DNA from: a virus
Lineage: Duplodnaviria > Heunggongvirae > Uroviricota > Caudoviricetes
DNA: 52,958 bases
IMG/VR virus record: IMGVR_UViG_2541047912_000003
Direction: 5' to 3' (one strand)
Shown: positions 43,006 to 51,826 of the stretch, piece after piece
Numbering within the stretch: position 1 is the stretch's first letter
Layout of the letters: each line of letters starts with the position of its first letter
Notes under the pieces: generated by a model
What the model was told of the DNA's origin: nothing
Database searches by the model: none
Seen by the model: the letters and a program-made list of their open reading frames with translations, nothing else
Position numbers and translations under genes: made by a program

Positions 43006-43931
43006 AGCTCCACCCCGTAAATCCAGTCAGTGTTCGTCAGGTCGAGTTTTGGTTTGCCGGCTGTCACGCCAGCCTGTTGCTTGTTTCGGTTGATTTCGAG
43101 CTGGGTCCACTTGTCGCGGAGTTTGGCCGGACTCAGCACGTTACCGGACCAGAAGTTGTCCTGGCATGCCCAGCGGAACAGTACACACATGTCGCGGTGG
43201 TTACGTCCGTCACGTTCTCGCATCAGGCGGATATCGTTAGCCCACCCTGCAAAATTCGGTTTTCTGGCTGATGGCGCGATGGTCTTCACCATGTCAAACA
43301 TCCACTCTGCGGCGGTCAGGTCTTCTGCTGTCCCCCACTTGCTGCCGCTCTGAATTGCAGCATCCGGTTTCACCACAGGAAGATCGTTTTCTGGCTGGTC
43401 AGAGGATTCGACAGAATTCTCGGACGAAAAAGGTTTTATATTGTCTTTTGTTAGTTTGTCTTTTGTGTTTACCTGATTCGGGTAAACGTCTTTACCTGAT
43501 TTGGGTAAACTTTTCTTACCTGATTCAGGTAAATTTACCTCTTTCAGGTAAACTTTATTTTTCTTACCTGATTCGGGTAATGTTGACCATTCACTGACCA
43601 CATTATTAATGCCTATATTCCGCCCGCTCTGAATCAAAATCCCACGCTTTACCAGAACACTTTTTGCAGCAGAACACTTGTGCGGCAATATCCCGGTTAA
43701 CTCGGAAAGTTGCTCGTTGCTCACCCAATCCATTTTTTTATTAAAGCCATATGTTTTGCGCATGACAGCCAGGAAGACCAGAAGCTGGTGCTGTGTTAAT
43801 CCGGCCAGCATCACAGCTTCCAGCAACTCATTAGCAATGCGCGTATAACCATCATCGAGATCTGCCACGCGCGGCTCCTTTTGTGCCACATCCGGCACTG
43901 GAAAATTGAATATCTCAGCAGTGTTTGCCAT
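43002..43931 (-). CDS. O: replication initiator O
   Basis: C-terminal half nearly identical to lambda gpO; N-terminal DNA-binding half divergent; start taken at MANTAEIFNF; contains the origin iterons. Confidence 0.9.
   Translation of the reverse strand: MANTAEIFNFPVPDVAQKEPRVADLDDGYTRIANELLEAVMLAGLTQHQLLVFLAVMRKTYGFNKKMDWVSNEQLSELTGILPHKCSAAKSVLVKRGILIQSGRNIGINNVVSEWSTLPESGKKNKVYLKEVNLPESGKKSLPKSGKDVYPNQVNTKDKLTKDNIKPFSSENSVESSDQPENDLPVVKPDAAIQSGSKWGTAEDLTAAEWMFDMVKTIAPSARKPNFAGWANDIRLMRERDGRNHRDMCVLFRWACQDNFWSGNVLSPAKLRDKWTQLEINRNKQQAGVTAGKPKLDLTNTDWIYGVEL
43465..43585. repeat. ori iterons within O (about 5 copies of TTACCTGATTYGGGTAA-like palindromic repeats) with adjacent T-rich region
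   Basis: Repeats at 43468-43581 with T-rich tract at 43441-43467; encode the repeated LPESGKK peptide in O. Confidence 0.8.
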
Positions 43932-44017
43932 AATTCCTCCCGCAATGAGTGCGTTACGATTTGCACCTGAAAGTCGGTTCTGTTCGCGCAGACCGGCTTT
44001 CGCCATTTCCGAACCTG

Positions 44018-44557
44018 TCATATTGCCCCCAGCATGGTGGTGACCATCGCCATCAGTGGACCAGCCAAATCCGGGTCCACACGAAACATCGACACAATGC
44101 CTTCACTCATCTCCTTCAGTTTCTGGTGGCGTGGTGCGTTGAGAATGACAGCCTGTTTTGCCTCACTGAGTTCCTTTTCCATTTCAGCCAGCCGAGCCAT
44201 GAAGCTATCCTGCTCAACCAGGTGGCCGCGATATTCCAGCGGTAGTACCGCCAGAATTGCCGGGGTCAGTTCACGCACGTTATTTCGGTATTTTTCAGAA
44301 TCGAATTTGTTATCGAGGAAGCGGAACAGCTTCTGGCGTGCACGGCTGACATCATCAGGGAAATCGATGGTGCCGCCGCCCTGCTCCCGATACTCATTCA
44401 CAATGAGTGCGGCAACAACATCCTGATTATCTGCAGCCGACCAGGCGCGAACGGCATCACGGATTTTTTCGTGGCCTGGCACCTGTTTTGTTTGAGAACG
44501 ATTTATCACCGCAGTCGGGCTAAATCCGCTAGTCTGTTGGTATGTAAGTGGTTGCAT
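44018..44557 (-). CDS. YdaT-like protein at the cII position (putative CII-type regulator)
   Basis: 179 aa; EYREQGGG and LTPAILAVLPLEYRGHL resemble the Rac YdaT family as I recall it; directly downstream of the cro-like gene. Confidence 0.6.
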   Translation of the reverse strand: MQPLTYQQTSGFSPTAVINRSQTKQVPGHEKIRDAVRAWSAADNQDVVAALIVNEYREQGGGTIDFPDDVSRARQKLFRFLDNKFDSEKYRNNVRELTPAILAVLPLEYRGHLVEQDSFMARLAEMEKELSEAKQAVILNAPRHQKLKEMSEGIVSMFRVDPDLAGPLMAMVTTMLGAI

Positions 44558-44626
44558 AATTGACTCCTTTAGTTTGAATTGACTGTTAAGTTGATTGCTT
44601 ATTGTTAAAGAGCGTGAAATGGAAAT

Positions 44627-44857
44627 TTAAGCTGCGTTCTTTTCGGTGTGTGGAAACAACTTCGGAAGATCCGGGCGAATCTGGTATGCCTTCACTACTC
44701 CACCAGTAGCCGTAACAATGCTGCCGACATGTTCAGGGGATACCTTTGCTTTGTTGTGAAGCCACTTATAGACGGCCTGCTGTGAAACTTCGCAGGCAGC
44801 GCCCAGTTTCTTTTGTGAACCAACGATATTGATCGCTGTTTTGATAGCTGGGTTCAT
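44627..44857 (-). CDS. Cro-like HTH repressor (YdaS family)
   Basis: 76 aa HTH protein divergent from cI across an operator-rich intergenic region. Confidence 0.7.
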   Translation of the reverse strand: MNPAIKTAINIVGSQKKLGAACEVSQQAVYKWLHNKAKVSPEHVGSIVTATGGVVKAYQIRPDLPKLFPHTEKNAA

Positions 44858-44961
44858 AACAACCTCCGTGGTTAATTCGAATCAAGATTAAAACTATGGT
44901 TGTTTTTAGTCAACAACCATTTTCGTTTGATAGAATAAAACCTTGGTTGTACATTTGGACT
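44858..44961. promoter_or_regulatory. OR-like operator/promoter region between cro-like and cI genes (AACAACC / GGTTGTT half-site repeats)
   Basis: Four copies of ACAACC/GGTTGT arranged as inverted pairs in 104 bp; the same motif recurs at the OL-like region 47340-47395. Confidence 0.6.
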
Positions 44962-45651
44962 ATGAAAACAACACTCTCAGAAAGACTTAAAGAAGCCAGA
45001 TTAGCGCGAGGCCTTACACAAAAGGCGCTTGGGGATTTGGTCGGGGTTAGCCAAGCTGCTATTCAGAAAATCGAAACAGGGAAAGCTAACCAAACAACTA
45101 AAATCGTGGAGATCGCGAACGCTTTGGGTGTGCGCGCAGAATGGTTATCTTCTGGCGTTGGAAATATGTCAGACAGTACAGTGCAACCAATACCATCAAC
45201 TGTCAGCCATTCCAAATACTTTAAGATTGACGTTCTTGATATAGAAGTGAGTGCCGGGCCGGGAGTCATCAACCGTGAGTTTGTAGAAGTTCTACGCTCG
45301 GTTGAGTACTCGTTTGACGATGCTCGTCACATGTTCGATGGTAGGAAGGCAGAAAATATCCGCATCATTAACGTACGCGGTGACAGCATGTCAGGAACGA
45401 TCGAACCAGGTGATCTGCTGTTCGTTGATATCACGGTTAAATCTTTCGACGGTGATGGCATCTATGCGTTTCTGTACGACGACACCGCCCATGTAAAGCG
45501 CCTGCAAATGATGAAGGATAAGCTGCTGGTTATCTCTGATAACAAGAGCTACTCACCGTGGGACCCGATCGAGAAAGACGAGATGAACCGGGTGTTTATC
45601 TTCGGGAAAGTTATTGGGAGCATGCCGCAGACATACAGAAAGCATGGATGA
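44962..45651 (+). CDS. cI: CI-like repressor (N-terminal XRE HTH plus C-terminal S24 LexA-like peptidase domain)
   Basis: HTH LTQKALGDLVGVSQAAIQKIE; C-terminal VRGDSMSGTIEPGDLLFVD with Ser and downstream Lys (AHVKRL) of the S24 dyad; start may be 44896 or 44962. Confidence 0.85.
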   Translation: MKTTLSERLKEARLARGLTQKALGDLVGVSQAAIQKIETGKANQTTKIVEIANALGVRAEWLSSGVGNMSDSTVQPIPSTVSHSKYFKIDVLDIEVSAGPGVINREFVEVLRSVEYSFDDARHMFDGRKAENIRIINVRGDSMSGTIEPGDLLFVDITVKSFDGDGIYAFLYDDTAHVKRLQMMKDKLLVISDNKSYSPWDPIEKDEMNRVFIFGKVIGSMPQTYRKHG

Positions 45652-45744
45652 CTTAGCAAGTTGGTTTAAATGTTTGTGTGATAAACCAAACTCAAATTAT
45701 AAAAATACTTGATGCTTACTACATTATAAAACTACACATAATCA

Positions 45745-46770
45745 ATGGTTGATTCTATGAATAGTGAAAATAGCAGCTCTGTAAATAAAAAACATAATAA
45801 ACCTAAACAAGTGAAATTAAGAGCTTTTAAGATAGAAAACAATAATCTAACAGAAAAATCTAGCCCCGCGAAAAAGCTTTTATTACAAAAGCTAGTTGAC
45901 TCATCTACCGTAAAAGAACGTTGCATGGTTTTAAACTCTGACGATCTTAGGCAAGAACAAGATTTGATATCGTTCTATCAGACATCAGACAACAGTAATT
46001 CTGTTTTTTGTACAATGGTTAGAATTGCCCCAAGCGAGGGAGTTGAAAAGATTCCCGATCAACTTTTTAACAAAAAATCATTTACAATTAGTGATCTCCA
46101 TAATGCTGACATTGATACAGAGGTCGTATGCAAAAACCATTTCTACTTCTGTATAAGTGATAATTATTTAGTTACCAATCTGCAGATGAATAGGACTATA
46201 TCATCTCTACAAACTTATATACGCTGGCTGGTTGGGAATGAAATGATTGAATTCACACCGATGATTGTTAAAGGTAATAAAGTTCAGCTTAAGGATATAA
46301 AATCAATTTCTGTGAGAGATCCATCTCCTCTTCCAAAAGAAGTATTGGTTCAGTCATCCGATATGAAATCGCCACCATCAGAAATTGAAGAAAAAAATAC
46401 AAAAATAAAACTTTCACACGCTGTTTTAAATGCATTGAAATCAGCTGTACCAAATTTCCCAAATCTAAAAGAAATAATTGACAATCAAATAGTATCAGCT
46501 GAACTGTTAATAAAGTTTAGTAAACCAAGGAGCATGGATGAAGATAGTTATGCTAAACTATTAGGTGCAACATTAAAACCTGTTAGTGATCTTGATAACA
46601 TTGTATTCAAACGAAGTGATGGTCGCTCAGAAATAAAAGGCAAAGATCTTCTTAAGATTAAAAATGTAACAATTGAGGTTACTGATTCAGGCAAGCTTGT
46701 AGAACAAGAGGTATTTCAAGAAATGAGCAGATATTTAAAAGAGATAGAAAATGAAGCGACAAATAGCTAG
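45745..46770 (+). CDS. hypothetical AT-rich protein (341 aa) at the rexA position; candidate abortive-infection sensor
   Basis: Same strand as and immediately downstream of cI; AT-rich; no detectable similarity to lambda RexA by eye, only positional and architectural analogy. Confidence 0.55.
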   Translation: MVDSMNSENSSSVNKKHNKPKQVKLRAFKIENNNLTEKSSPAKKLLLQKLVDSSTVKERCMVLNSDDLRQEQDLISFYQTSDNSNSVFCTMVRIAPSEGVEKIPDQLFNKKSFTISDLHNADIDTEVVCKNHFYFCISDNYLVTNLQMNRTISSLQTYIRWLVGNEMIEFTPMIVKGNKVQLKDIKSISVRDPSPLPKEVLVQSSDMKSPPSEIEEKNTKIKLSHAVLNALKSAVPNFPNLKEIIDNQIVSAELLIKFSKPRSMDEDSYAKLLGATLKPVSDLDNIVFKRSDGRSEIKGKDLLKIKNVTIEVTDSGKLVEQEVFQEMSRYLKEIENEATNS

Positions 46771-47200
46771 CTTGCTAATTGTTCTGATAATTACTATCGG
46801 GCTTCCATCATTTTTAGCTTGGAGGCCTGATCAGTTTTTGATTTCTACATTGTATTCTGTCTGTGGCATAATGTTTTCTATCGGGTTAGGGTTGATTGTA
46901 ACTTTTAACATGTCTGGCATTAAAAACATTAATTATGTTAAAGTTATCAGAAAAGAATTGGTATCTATACGAAATTCTTTTTTGCGCTTTTTCACTCTTT
47001 CTACTTTATGCCTTGTGCTTAGTGAATATTTAAAAGAGTATGAGTTCAGCTTTGAATTTAAATCCCTGATACTAAAATTCTCTCCTTCAATACTTTTTTT
47101 CACATTAATAATTTACGCAATTGTCTTCTTCATAGTAAATTTCCTAAATGTGCAAAAATTAAGTCATGATATCTTCGATAAGATCAATCAAGAACAATAA
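46751..47200 (+). CDS. hypothetical 4-TM membrane protein (149 aa) at the rexB position
   Basis: Four hydrophobic segments; start overlaps the upstream gene by 20 nt; followed by an intrinsic terminator. Confidence 0.55.
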   Translation: MKRQIASLLIVLIITIGLPSFLAWRPDQFLISTLYSVCGIMFSIGLGLIVTFNMSGIKNINYVKVIRKELVSIRNSFLRFFTLSTLCLVLSEYLKEYEFSFEFKSLILKFSPSILFFTLIIYAIVFFIVNFLNVQKLSHDIFDKINQEQ

Positions 47201-47228
47201 CCCGGCCACCGTGCCGGGTTTTCTTTTG
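47201..47228 (+). terminator. intrinsic terminator ending the cI-cassette transcript (timm-like)
   Basis: CCCGGC-caccgt-GCCGGG hairpin followed by TTTTCTTTT immediately after the stop at 47200. Confidence 0.7.
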
Positions 47229-47339
47229 CCCTCCCCTCATCACACACCGTTCAAAAAACCACCACGACCTCGCTTCAGTTATCGCTATGCGATGCAAGTC
47301 ACAAAATAAATCCATCTTAAATACAACCAGTTATATCTA

Positions 47340-47400
47340 AAACAACCAACAAAACAACTTTTGTTGTTGACGATAAAACAACTATAGTTTTAAATGAATT
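47340..47400 (+). promoter_or_regulatory. pL-like promoter with OL-like operators
   Basis: TTGACG (47367-47372), 17-bp spacer, TTAAAT (47390-47395); overlapped by AACAACTTTTGTTGTT palindrome and further ACAAC motifs shared with the OR region. Confidence 0.5.
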
Positions 47401-47588
47401 CATCGCAACAACACAACGATACGGCAATCACCTGATTCACCGTTGCGATGACCGCTTAGATCCGCAGCTTGAATTTCAGCAGGCTCCGGGGAGTGCGAGG
47501 GGTGAAGCGGACGCGTGAACGTCGGTGTGACCAGCTGAAATCAACTCAACACTTCATACCTCAGTCGCTTCAACGAGGCGGCTTAGTT

Positions 47589-47879
47589 ATGACAACCGGC
47601 GGCCATCCACCGCCTGAATACGCGCAGAAGTCTCTATATGTTCAGCAGCCCAGCTTACGGGCAGGAGTTTTTATGGTTCATCAACATTACGGAACGCAGA
47701 CCGTTAATCGCGGTGCGGTCATGCCAGGAATGCTGGTCAAACACAAAGATGGTACCTGGACTGCATCAGCTAATCTACGCGGACGGCTTTATCTTCATCG
47801 CGGCATCGAGCGCACTTATACCCGTGACTTGCTCGTGGAAATTTTTCTCGACGGACGCGGCAACGGCCTGAATCACTAA
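47589..47879 (+). CDS. hypothetical protein (96 aa), first ORF of the early-left operon
   Basis: ATG with GAGG RBS; the supplied ORF extends upstream from a TTG; not recognisable as lambda N, cIII or kil. Confidence 0.4.
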   Translation: MTTGGHPPPEYAQKSLYVQQPSLRAGVFMVHQHYGTQTVNRGAVMPGMLVKHKDGTWTASANLRGRLYLHRGIERTYTRDLLVEIFLDGRGNGLNH

Positions 47880-47954
47880 CCCCCTTTCCTGTTTTCCTAA
47901 TCAGCCTGGCATTTCCCGGGCAATAGTTTCACAGCCATTTTCAGGAGTTCAGCC

Positions 47955-48251
47955 ATGAACGCTTATTACATTCAGGATCGTCTTGAGGCTCAGAGCTGGG
48001 CGCGTCACTACCAGCAGATCGCCCGTGAAGAGAAAGAGGCAGAACTGGCAGACGACATGGAAAAAGGCCTGCCCCAGCACCTGTTTGAATCGCTATGCAT
48101 CGATCATTTGCAACGCCACGGGGCCAGCAAAAAAGCCATTACCCGTGCGTTTGATGACGATGTTGAGTTTCAGGAGCGCATGGCAGAACACATCCGGTAC
48201 ATGGTTGAAACCATTGCTCACCACCATGTTGATATTGATTCAGAGGTATAA
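47955..48251 (+). CDS. gam: Gam (RecBCD inhibitor), short form
   Basis: 98 aa, [40 protein letters not shown] matches lambda GamS. Confidence 0.95.
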   Translation: MNAYYIQDRLEAQSWARHYQQIAREEKEAELADDMEKGLPQHLFESLCIDHLQRHGASKKAITRAFDDDVEFQERMAEHIRYMVETIAHHHVDIDSEV

Positions 48252-48256
48252 AACGG

Positions 48257-49042
48257 ATGAGTACAGCACTCGCAACGCTAGCCGGGAAGCTGGCTGAACG
48301 TGTCGGCATGGATTCTGTCGACCCACAGGAACTGATCACCACTCTTCGTCAGACGGCATTTAAAGGTGATGCCAGCGATGCGCAGTTCATCGCATTGCTG
48401 ATCGTCGCCAACCAGTACGGCCTTAATCCGTGGACGAAAGAAATTTACGCCTTCCCTGATAAGCAGAACGGCATCGTTCCTGTGGTGGGCGTTGATGGCT
48501 GGTCCCGCATCATTAATGAAAACCAGCAGTTTGATGGCATGGACTTTGAGCAGGACAATGAATCATGTACATGCCGGATTTACCGCAAGGACCGTAATCA
48601 TCCGATCTGCGTTACCGAGTGGATGGATGAATGCCGCCGCGAACCATTCAAAACCCGCGAAGGCAGAGAAATCACGGGACCGTGGCAGTCGCATCCCAAA
48701 CGAATGTTACGGCATAAAGCTATGATTCAGTGTGCCCGTCTGGCCTTCGGATTTGCTGGTATCTATGACAAGGATGAAGCCGAGCGCATTGTCGAAAATA
48801 CCGCATACACTGCAGAACGTCAGCCGGAACGCGACATCACTCCGGTTAACGATGAAAGCATGCAGGAGATTAACACTCTGCTGATCGCCCTGGATAAAAC
48901 ATGGGATGACGACTTATTGCCGCTCTGTTCCCAGATATTTCGCCGCGACATTCGCGCATCGTCAGAACTGACACAGGCCGAAGCAGTAAAAGCTCTTGGA
49001 TTCCTGAAACAGAAAGCCGCAGAGCAGAAGGTGGCAGCATGA
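48257..49042 (+). CDS. bet: Bet single-strand annealing recombinase
   Basis: 261 aa, matches lambda Bet. Confidence 0.95.
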   Translation: MSTALATLAGKLAERVGMDSVDPQELITTLRQTAFKGDASDAQFIALLIVANQYGLNPWTKEIYAFPDKQNGIVPVVGVDGWSRIINENQQFDGMDFEQDNESCTCRIYRKDRNHPICVTEWMDECRREPFKTREGREITGPWQSHPKRMLRHKAMIQCARLAFGFAGIYDKDEAERIVENTAYTAERQPERDITPVNDESMQEINTLLIALDKTWDDDLLPLCSQIFRRDIRASSELTQAEAVKALGFLKQKAAEQKVAA

Positions 49043-49719
49043 CACCGGACATTATCCTGCAGCGTACCGGGATCGACGTGAGAGCTGTCGAACAGGGGGA
49101 TGATGCGTGGCACAAATTACGGCTCGGCGTCATCACAGCTTCAGAAGTTCATAACGTAATAGCAAAACCCCGCTCCGGAAAAAAGTGGCCTGACATGAAA
49201 ATGTCCTACTTCCACACCCTGCTTGCTGAGGTTTGCACCGGTGTGGCTCCGGAAGTTAACGCTAAAGCGCTGGCCTGGGGAAAACAGTACGAGAACGACG
49301 CCAGAGCCCTGTTTGAGTTCACTTCCGGCGTGAATGTTACTGAATCACCGATCATCTATCGCGACGAAAGTATGCGTACCGCCTGCTCTCCAGATGGTTT
49401 ATGCAGTGACGGCAACGGCCTTGAACTGAAATGCCCGTTTACCTCCCGGGATTTCATGAAGTTCCGGCTCGGTGGTTTCGAGGCCATAAAGTCAGCTTAC
49501 ATGGCCCAGGTGCAGTACAGCATGTGGGTGACGCGAAAAGATGCCTGGTACTTTGCCAACTATGACCCGCGTATGAAGCGTGAAGGACTGCATTATGTCG
49601 TGGTTGAGCGGGATGAAAAGTACATGGCGAGTTTTGACGAGATGGTGCCGGAGTTCATCGAAAAAATGGACGAGGCACTGGCTGAAATTGGTTTTGTATT
49701 TGGGGAGCAATGGCGATGA
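49039..49719 (+). CDS. exo: lambda exonuclease
   Basis: 226 aa, matches lambda Exo. Confidence 0.95.
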   Translation: MTPDIILQRTGIDVRAVEQGDDAWHKLRLGVITASEVHNVIAKPRSGKKWPDMKMSYFHTLLAEVCTGVAPEVNAKALAWGKQYENDARALFEFTSGVNVTESPIIYRDESMRTACSPDGLCSDGNGLELKCPFTSRDFMKFRLGGFEAIKSAYMAQVQYSMWVTRKDAWYFANYDPRMKREGLHYVVVERDEKYMASFDEMVPEFIEKMDEALAEIGFVFGEQWR

Positions 49720-49874
49720 AGCATCCTCACGATAATATCCGGGTAGGTGCGATCACTTTCGTCTACTCCGTTACAAAGCGAGGCTGGGTATTTCCCGGGC
49801 CTTCTGTTATCCGAAATCCGCTGAAAGCCCAGCGACTGGCTGAGGAGATAAATAATAAACGGGAGAGTGTATGA
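49716..49874 (+). CDS. small ORF (52 aa) translationally coupled to exo and to the downstream gene
   Basis: ATGA overlaps at both ends (49716-49719 and 49871-49874); below the ORF-track size cut-off; translated by hand. Confidence 0.3.
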   Translation: MKHPHDNIRVGAITFVYSVTKRGWVFPGPSVIRNPLKAQRLAEEINNKRESV

Positions 49875-50623
49875 TTCATTTTCACGGTGGTCCAATAACT
49901 CCCGATACCTGTGCGTTGAAAGCCTGGAAAGGCAGACACGCATTCATCAGTTTTGCTAATCCAGCTCAGATTGATCTGGCTTCCGAAGTCACCCAATCAT
50001 TTGCTCTTGATAATGGTGCATTCACATTCTGGACAAAAAACAAGGCCGTAGACTGGAATGAATATTACAGATTTGTTGAACGCTGGGGTAATCACCCTCG
50101 TTTCTCATTCGCGGTTATCCCGGATGTTATCGGCGGAACCAGTGAAGAGAATGACGCCCTGATTGCGGCATGGCCTCACGGTAAATTTATTGGTGCTCCG
50201 GTGTGGCACATGAACGAACCAGATGAGCGATTTATTCGTCTGTGCCATGAGTTTCCCCGCGTCTGCATCGGCTCGATGGGGGAATACGATGCAAAACGAC
50301 CGAGAGCGTGTCGGGCTAAACTACGCGATCTTATACGTCATGTTGTAGATCAGTACGGCTACCCAATCACCAAGATTCATGGGTTACGGATGTTAAATAA
50401 AGACATTTTTACTCATGTACCGCTTTCGTCTGCAGACAGCACGAACGTCGCAAGAAATATAGGCATCGACAAATCCTGGGTAGGTTCGCCATATGCTCCC
50501 GCAAGTAAAGAAACCCGTACGCAAGTTCTTGTGGAACGCATTGAATCATTCAACAGTGCCAGTTCACTTAATTACAACGCTGAACGGGACGTCTTTACCC
50601 CTCAGTTGGCATTCGAAGTGTGA
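49871..50623 (+). CDS. TGT-like (DpdA-like) putative transglycosylase in the exo-xis region
   Basis: 250 aa; LDNGAFTFW resembles the catalytic TDSGGFQ(V)F region of tRNA-guanine transglycosylases and CIGSMG resembles the LMGVG region; no Zn-binding C-terminal subdomain; family assignment from motif recall only. Confidence 0.4.
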   Translation: MIHFHGGPITPDTCALKAWKGRHAFISFANPAQIDLASEVTQSFALDNGAFTFWTKNKAVDWNEYYRFVERWGNHPRFSFAVIPDVIGGTSEENDALIAAWPHGKFIGAPVWHMNEPDERFIRLCHEFPRVCIGSMGEYDAKRPRACRAKLRDLIRHVVDQYGYPITKIHGLRMLNKDIFTHVPLSSADSTNVARNIGIDKSWVGSPYAPASKETRTQVLVERIESFNSASSLNYNAERDVFTPQLAFEV

Positions 50624-50630
50624 GGCCAAT

Positions 50631-50846
50631 ATGACAATAGAACATAATAACGCCCTTCGCAGCATTGCCCGTCAGGCTAATTGTGAAATCAAAAAAGCCA
50701 GACAGCAGTTTCCGGATAAAAACGTCGATGACATTTGCCGTAGCGTACTGAAGAAGCACCGCGAAACGGTAACGCTGATGGGATTCACACCGACTCATTT
50801 AAGCCTAGCGATCGGCATGTTAAACGGCGTTTTTAAGGAACGGTGA
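50631..50846 (+). CDS. hypothetical protein (71 aa), exo-xis region
   Basis: Internal ATG with GAGG RBS; the longer supplied ORF overlaps the upstream gene. Confidence 0.4.
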   Translation: MTIEHNNALRSIARQANCEIKKARQQFPDKNVDDICRSVLKKHRETVTLMGFTPTHLSLAIGMLNGVFKER

Positions 50847-50944
50847 ACATGAAAAGCAAAATCATCAGGGAGCTACAGGCTCCTTTTCTATTATTCGCAT
50901 TCACCCTCAAGCGTATTAACCAACAATTCAGGGATTAATGGAAG

Positions 50945-51163
50945 ATGGCAGACATCATTGATTCAGCATCAGAAATTGAAGAATTACAGCGCAACACAGC
51001 AATAAAAATGCGCCGCCTGAACCACCAGGCTATATCTGCCACTCATTGTTGTGAGTGTGGCGATCCCATAGATGAGCGAAGACGCCTGGCCGTTCAGGGT
51101 TGTCGGACTTGTGCAAGTTGCCAGGAGGAGATCGAACTTAAGAACAAACAATGGGGATTGTAA
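50945..51163 (+). CDS. DksA/TraR-type C4 zinc-finger protein
   Basis: 72 aa with CCECGDPI...CRTCASC four-Cys motif, typical of exo-xis-region TraR-like proteins. Confidence 0.75.
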   Translation: MADIIDSASEIEELQRNTAIKMRRLNHQAISATHCCECGDPIDERRRLAVQGCRTCASCQEEIELKNKQWGL

Positions 51164-51210
51164 TGGCCTCAAAGCAGCAAATTTCAACATCGTCCAACTG
51201 AGGTGTAAAA

Positions 51211-51450
51211 ATGTTCAGAATCATTTTTCCTAACACCTGGTACGTCGACCACCACGGCACTCCCTGCAAAATCCTGCGTTCTACCCACAACAAAGTTCAC
51301 TACATCCAAAAAGGCAGAACATGTATCGCCAGCATGTTCCGCTTTAATCATGACTTTGAACCTGTGAATAAAGCTGATGCAGATCGGATAGCCGAAGAGA
51401 TCGATACAGCAGAACACATTAAGAAGTTACGTGCCATACGCAGGAAATAG
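51211..51450 (+). CDS. hypothetical protein (79 aa), exo-xis region
   Basis: ORF with plausible spacing in the operon; no family recognised. Confidence 0.4.
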   Translation: MFRIIFPNTWYVDHHGTPCKILRSTHNKVHYIQKGRTCIASMFRFNHDFEPVNKADADRIAEEIDTAEHIKKLRAIRRK

Positions 51451-51589
51451 AAAAATTGATAAATTCAATACTGCATTTCTCAGCATTAAATTTATCTCTA
51501 TGACCAGTCAAGAGATGTACCTGCCATGAGCTTAATATCATGTCAGATATATCGGTCACAAACTCCCTCAGTAGCTAAGAGGAGGACAA

Positions 51590-51826
51590 ATGTCTCGACT
51601 AATCACTTTACAGGACTGGGCTAAAGAAGAATTTGGGGACTTAGCACCAAGTGAGCGAGTTCTGAAAAAATACGCGCAAGGGAAAATGATGGCCCCACCC
51701 GCTATAAAAGTTGGTCGCTACTGGATGATTGACCGAAATTCCCGTTTTGTAGGAACGCTTGCAGAACCGCAACTCCCAATAAACGCAAACCCAAAACTCC
51801 AACGGATAATCGCTGATGGCTGCTAG
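51590..51826 (+). CDS. xis: excisionase Xis
   Basis: 78 aa; LTLQDWAKEE...PPAIKVGRYWMIDRNSRF resembles the lambda Xis winged helix; overlaps the int start. Confidence 0.8.
   Translation: MSRLITLQDWAKEEFGDLAPSERVLKKYAQGKMMAPPAIKVGRYWMIDRNSRFVGTLAEPQLPINANPKLQRIIADGC

Noticed and set aside
47469-47588. Arg-rich N-terminal extension (RLRGVRGVKRTRERR) as a possible N-like antiterminator arginine-rich motif
   Set aside because: Would require a TTG start with no RBS, and no boxB-like hairpin was found; kept only as a low-confidence alternative to the 47589 ATG start.
50493-50630. Upstream 46 codons of ORF 50493-50846
   Set aside because: Overlap the 3' end of the TGT-like gene in another frame; an internal ATG at 50631 has a proper RBS.
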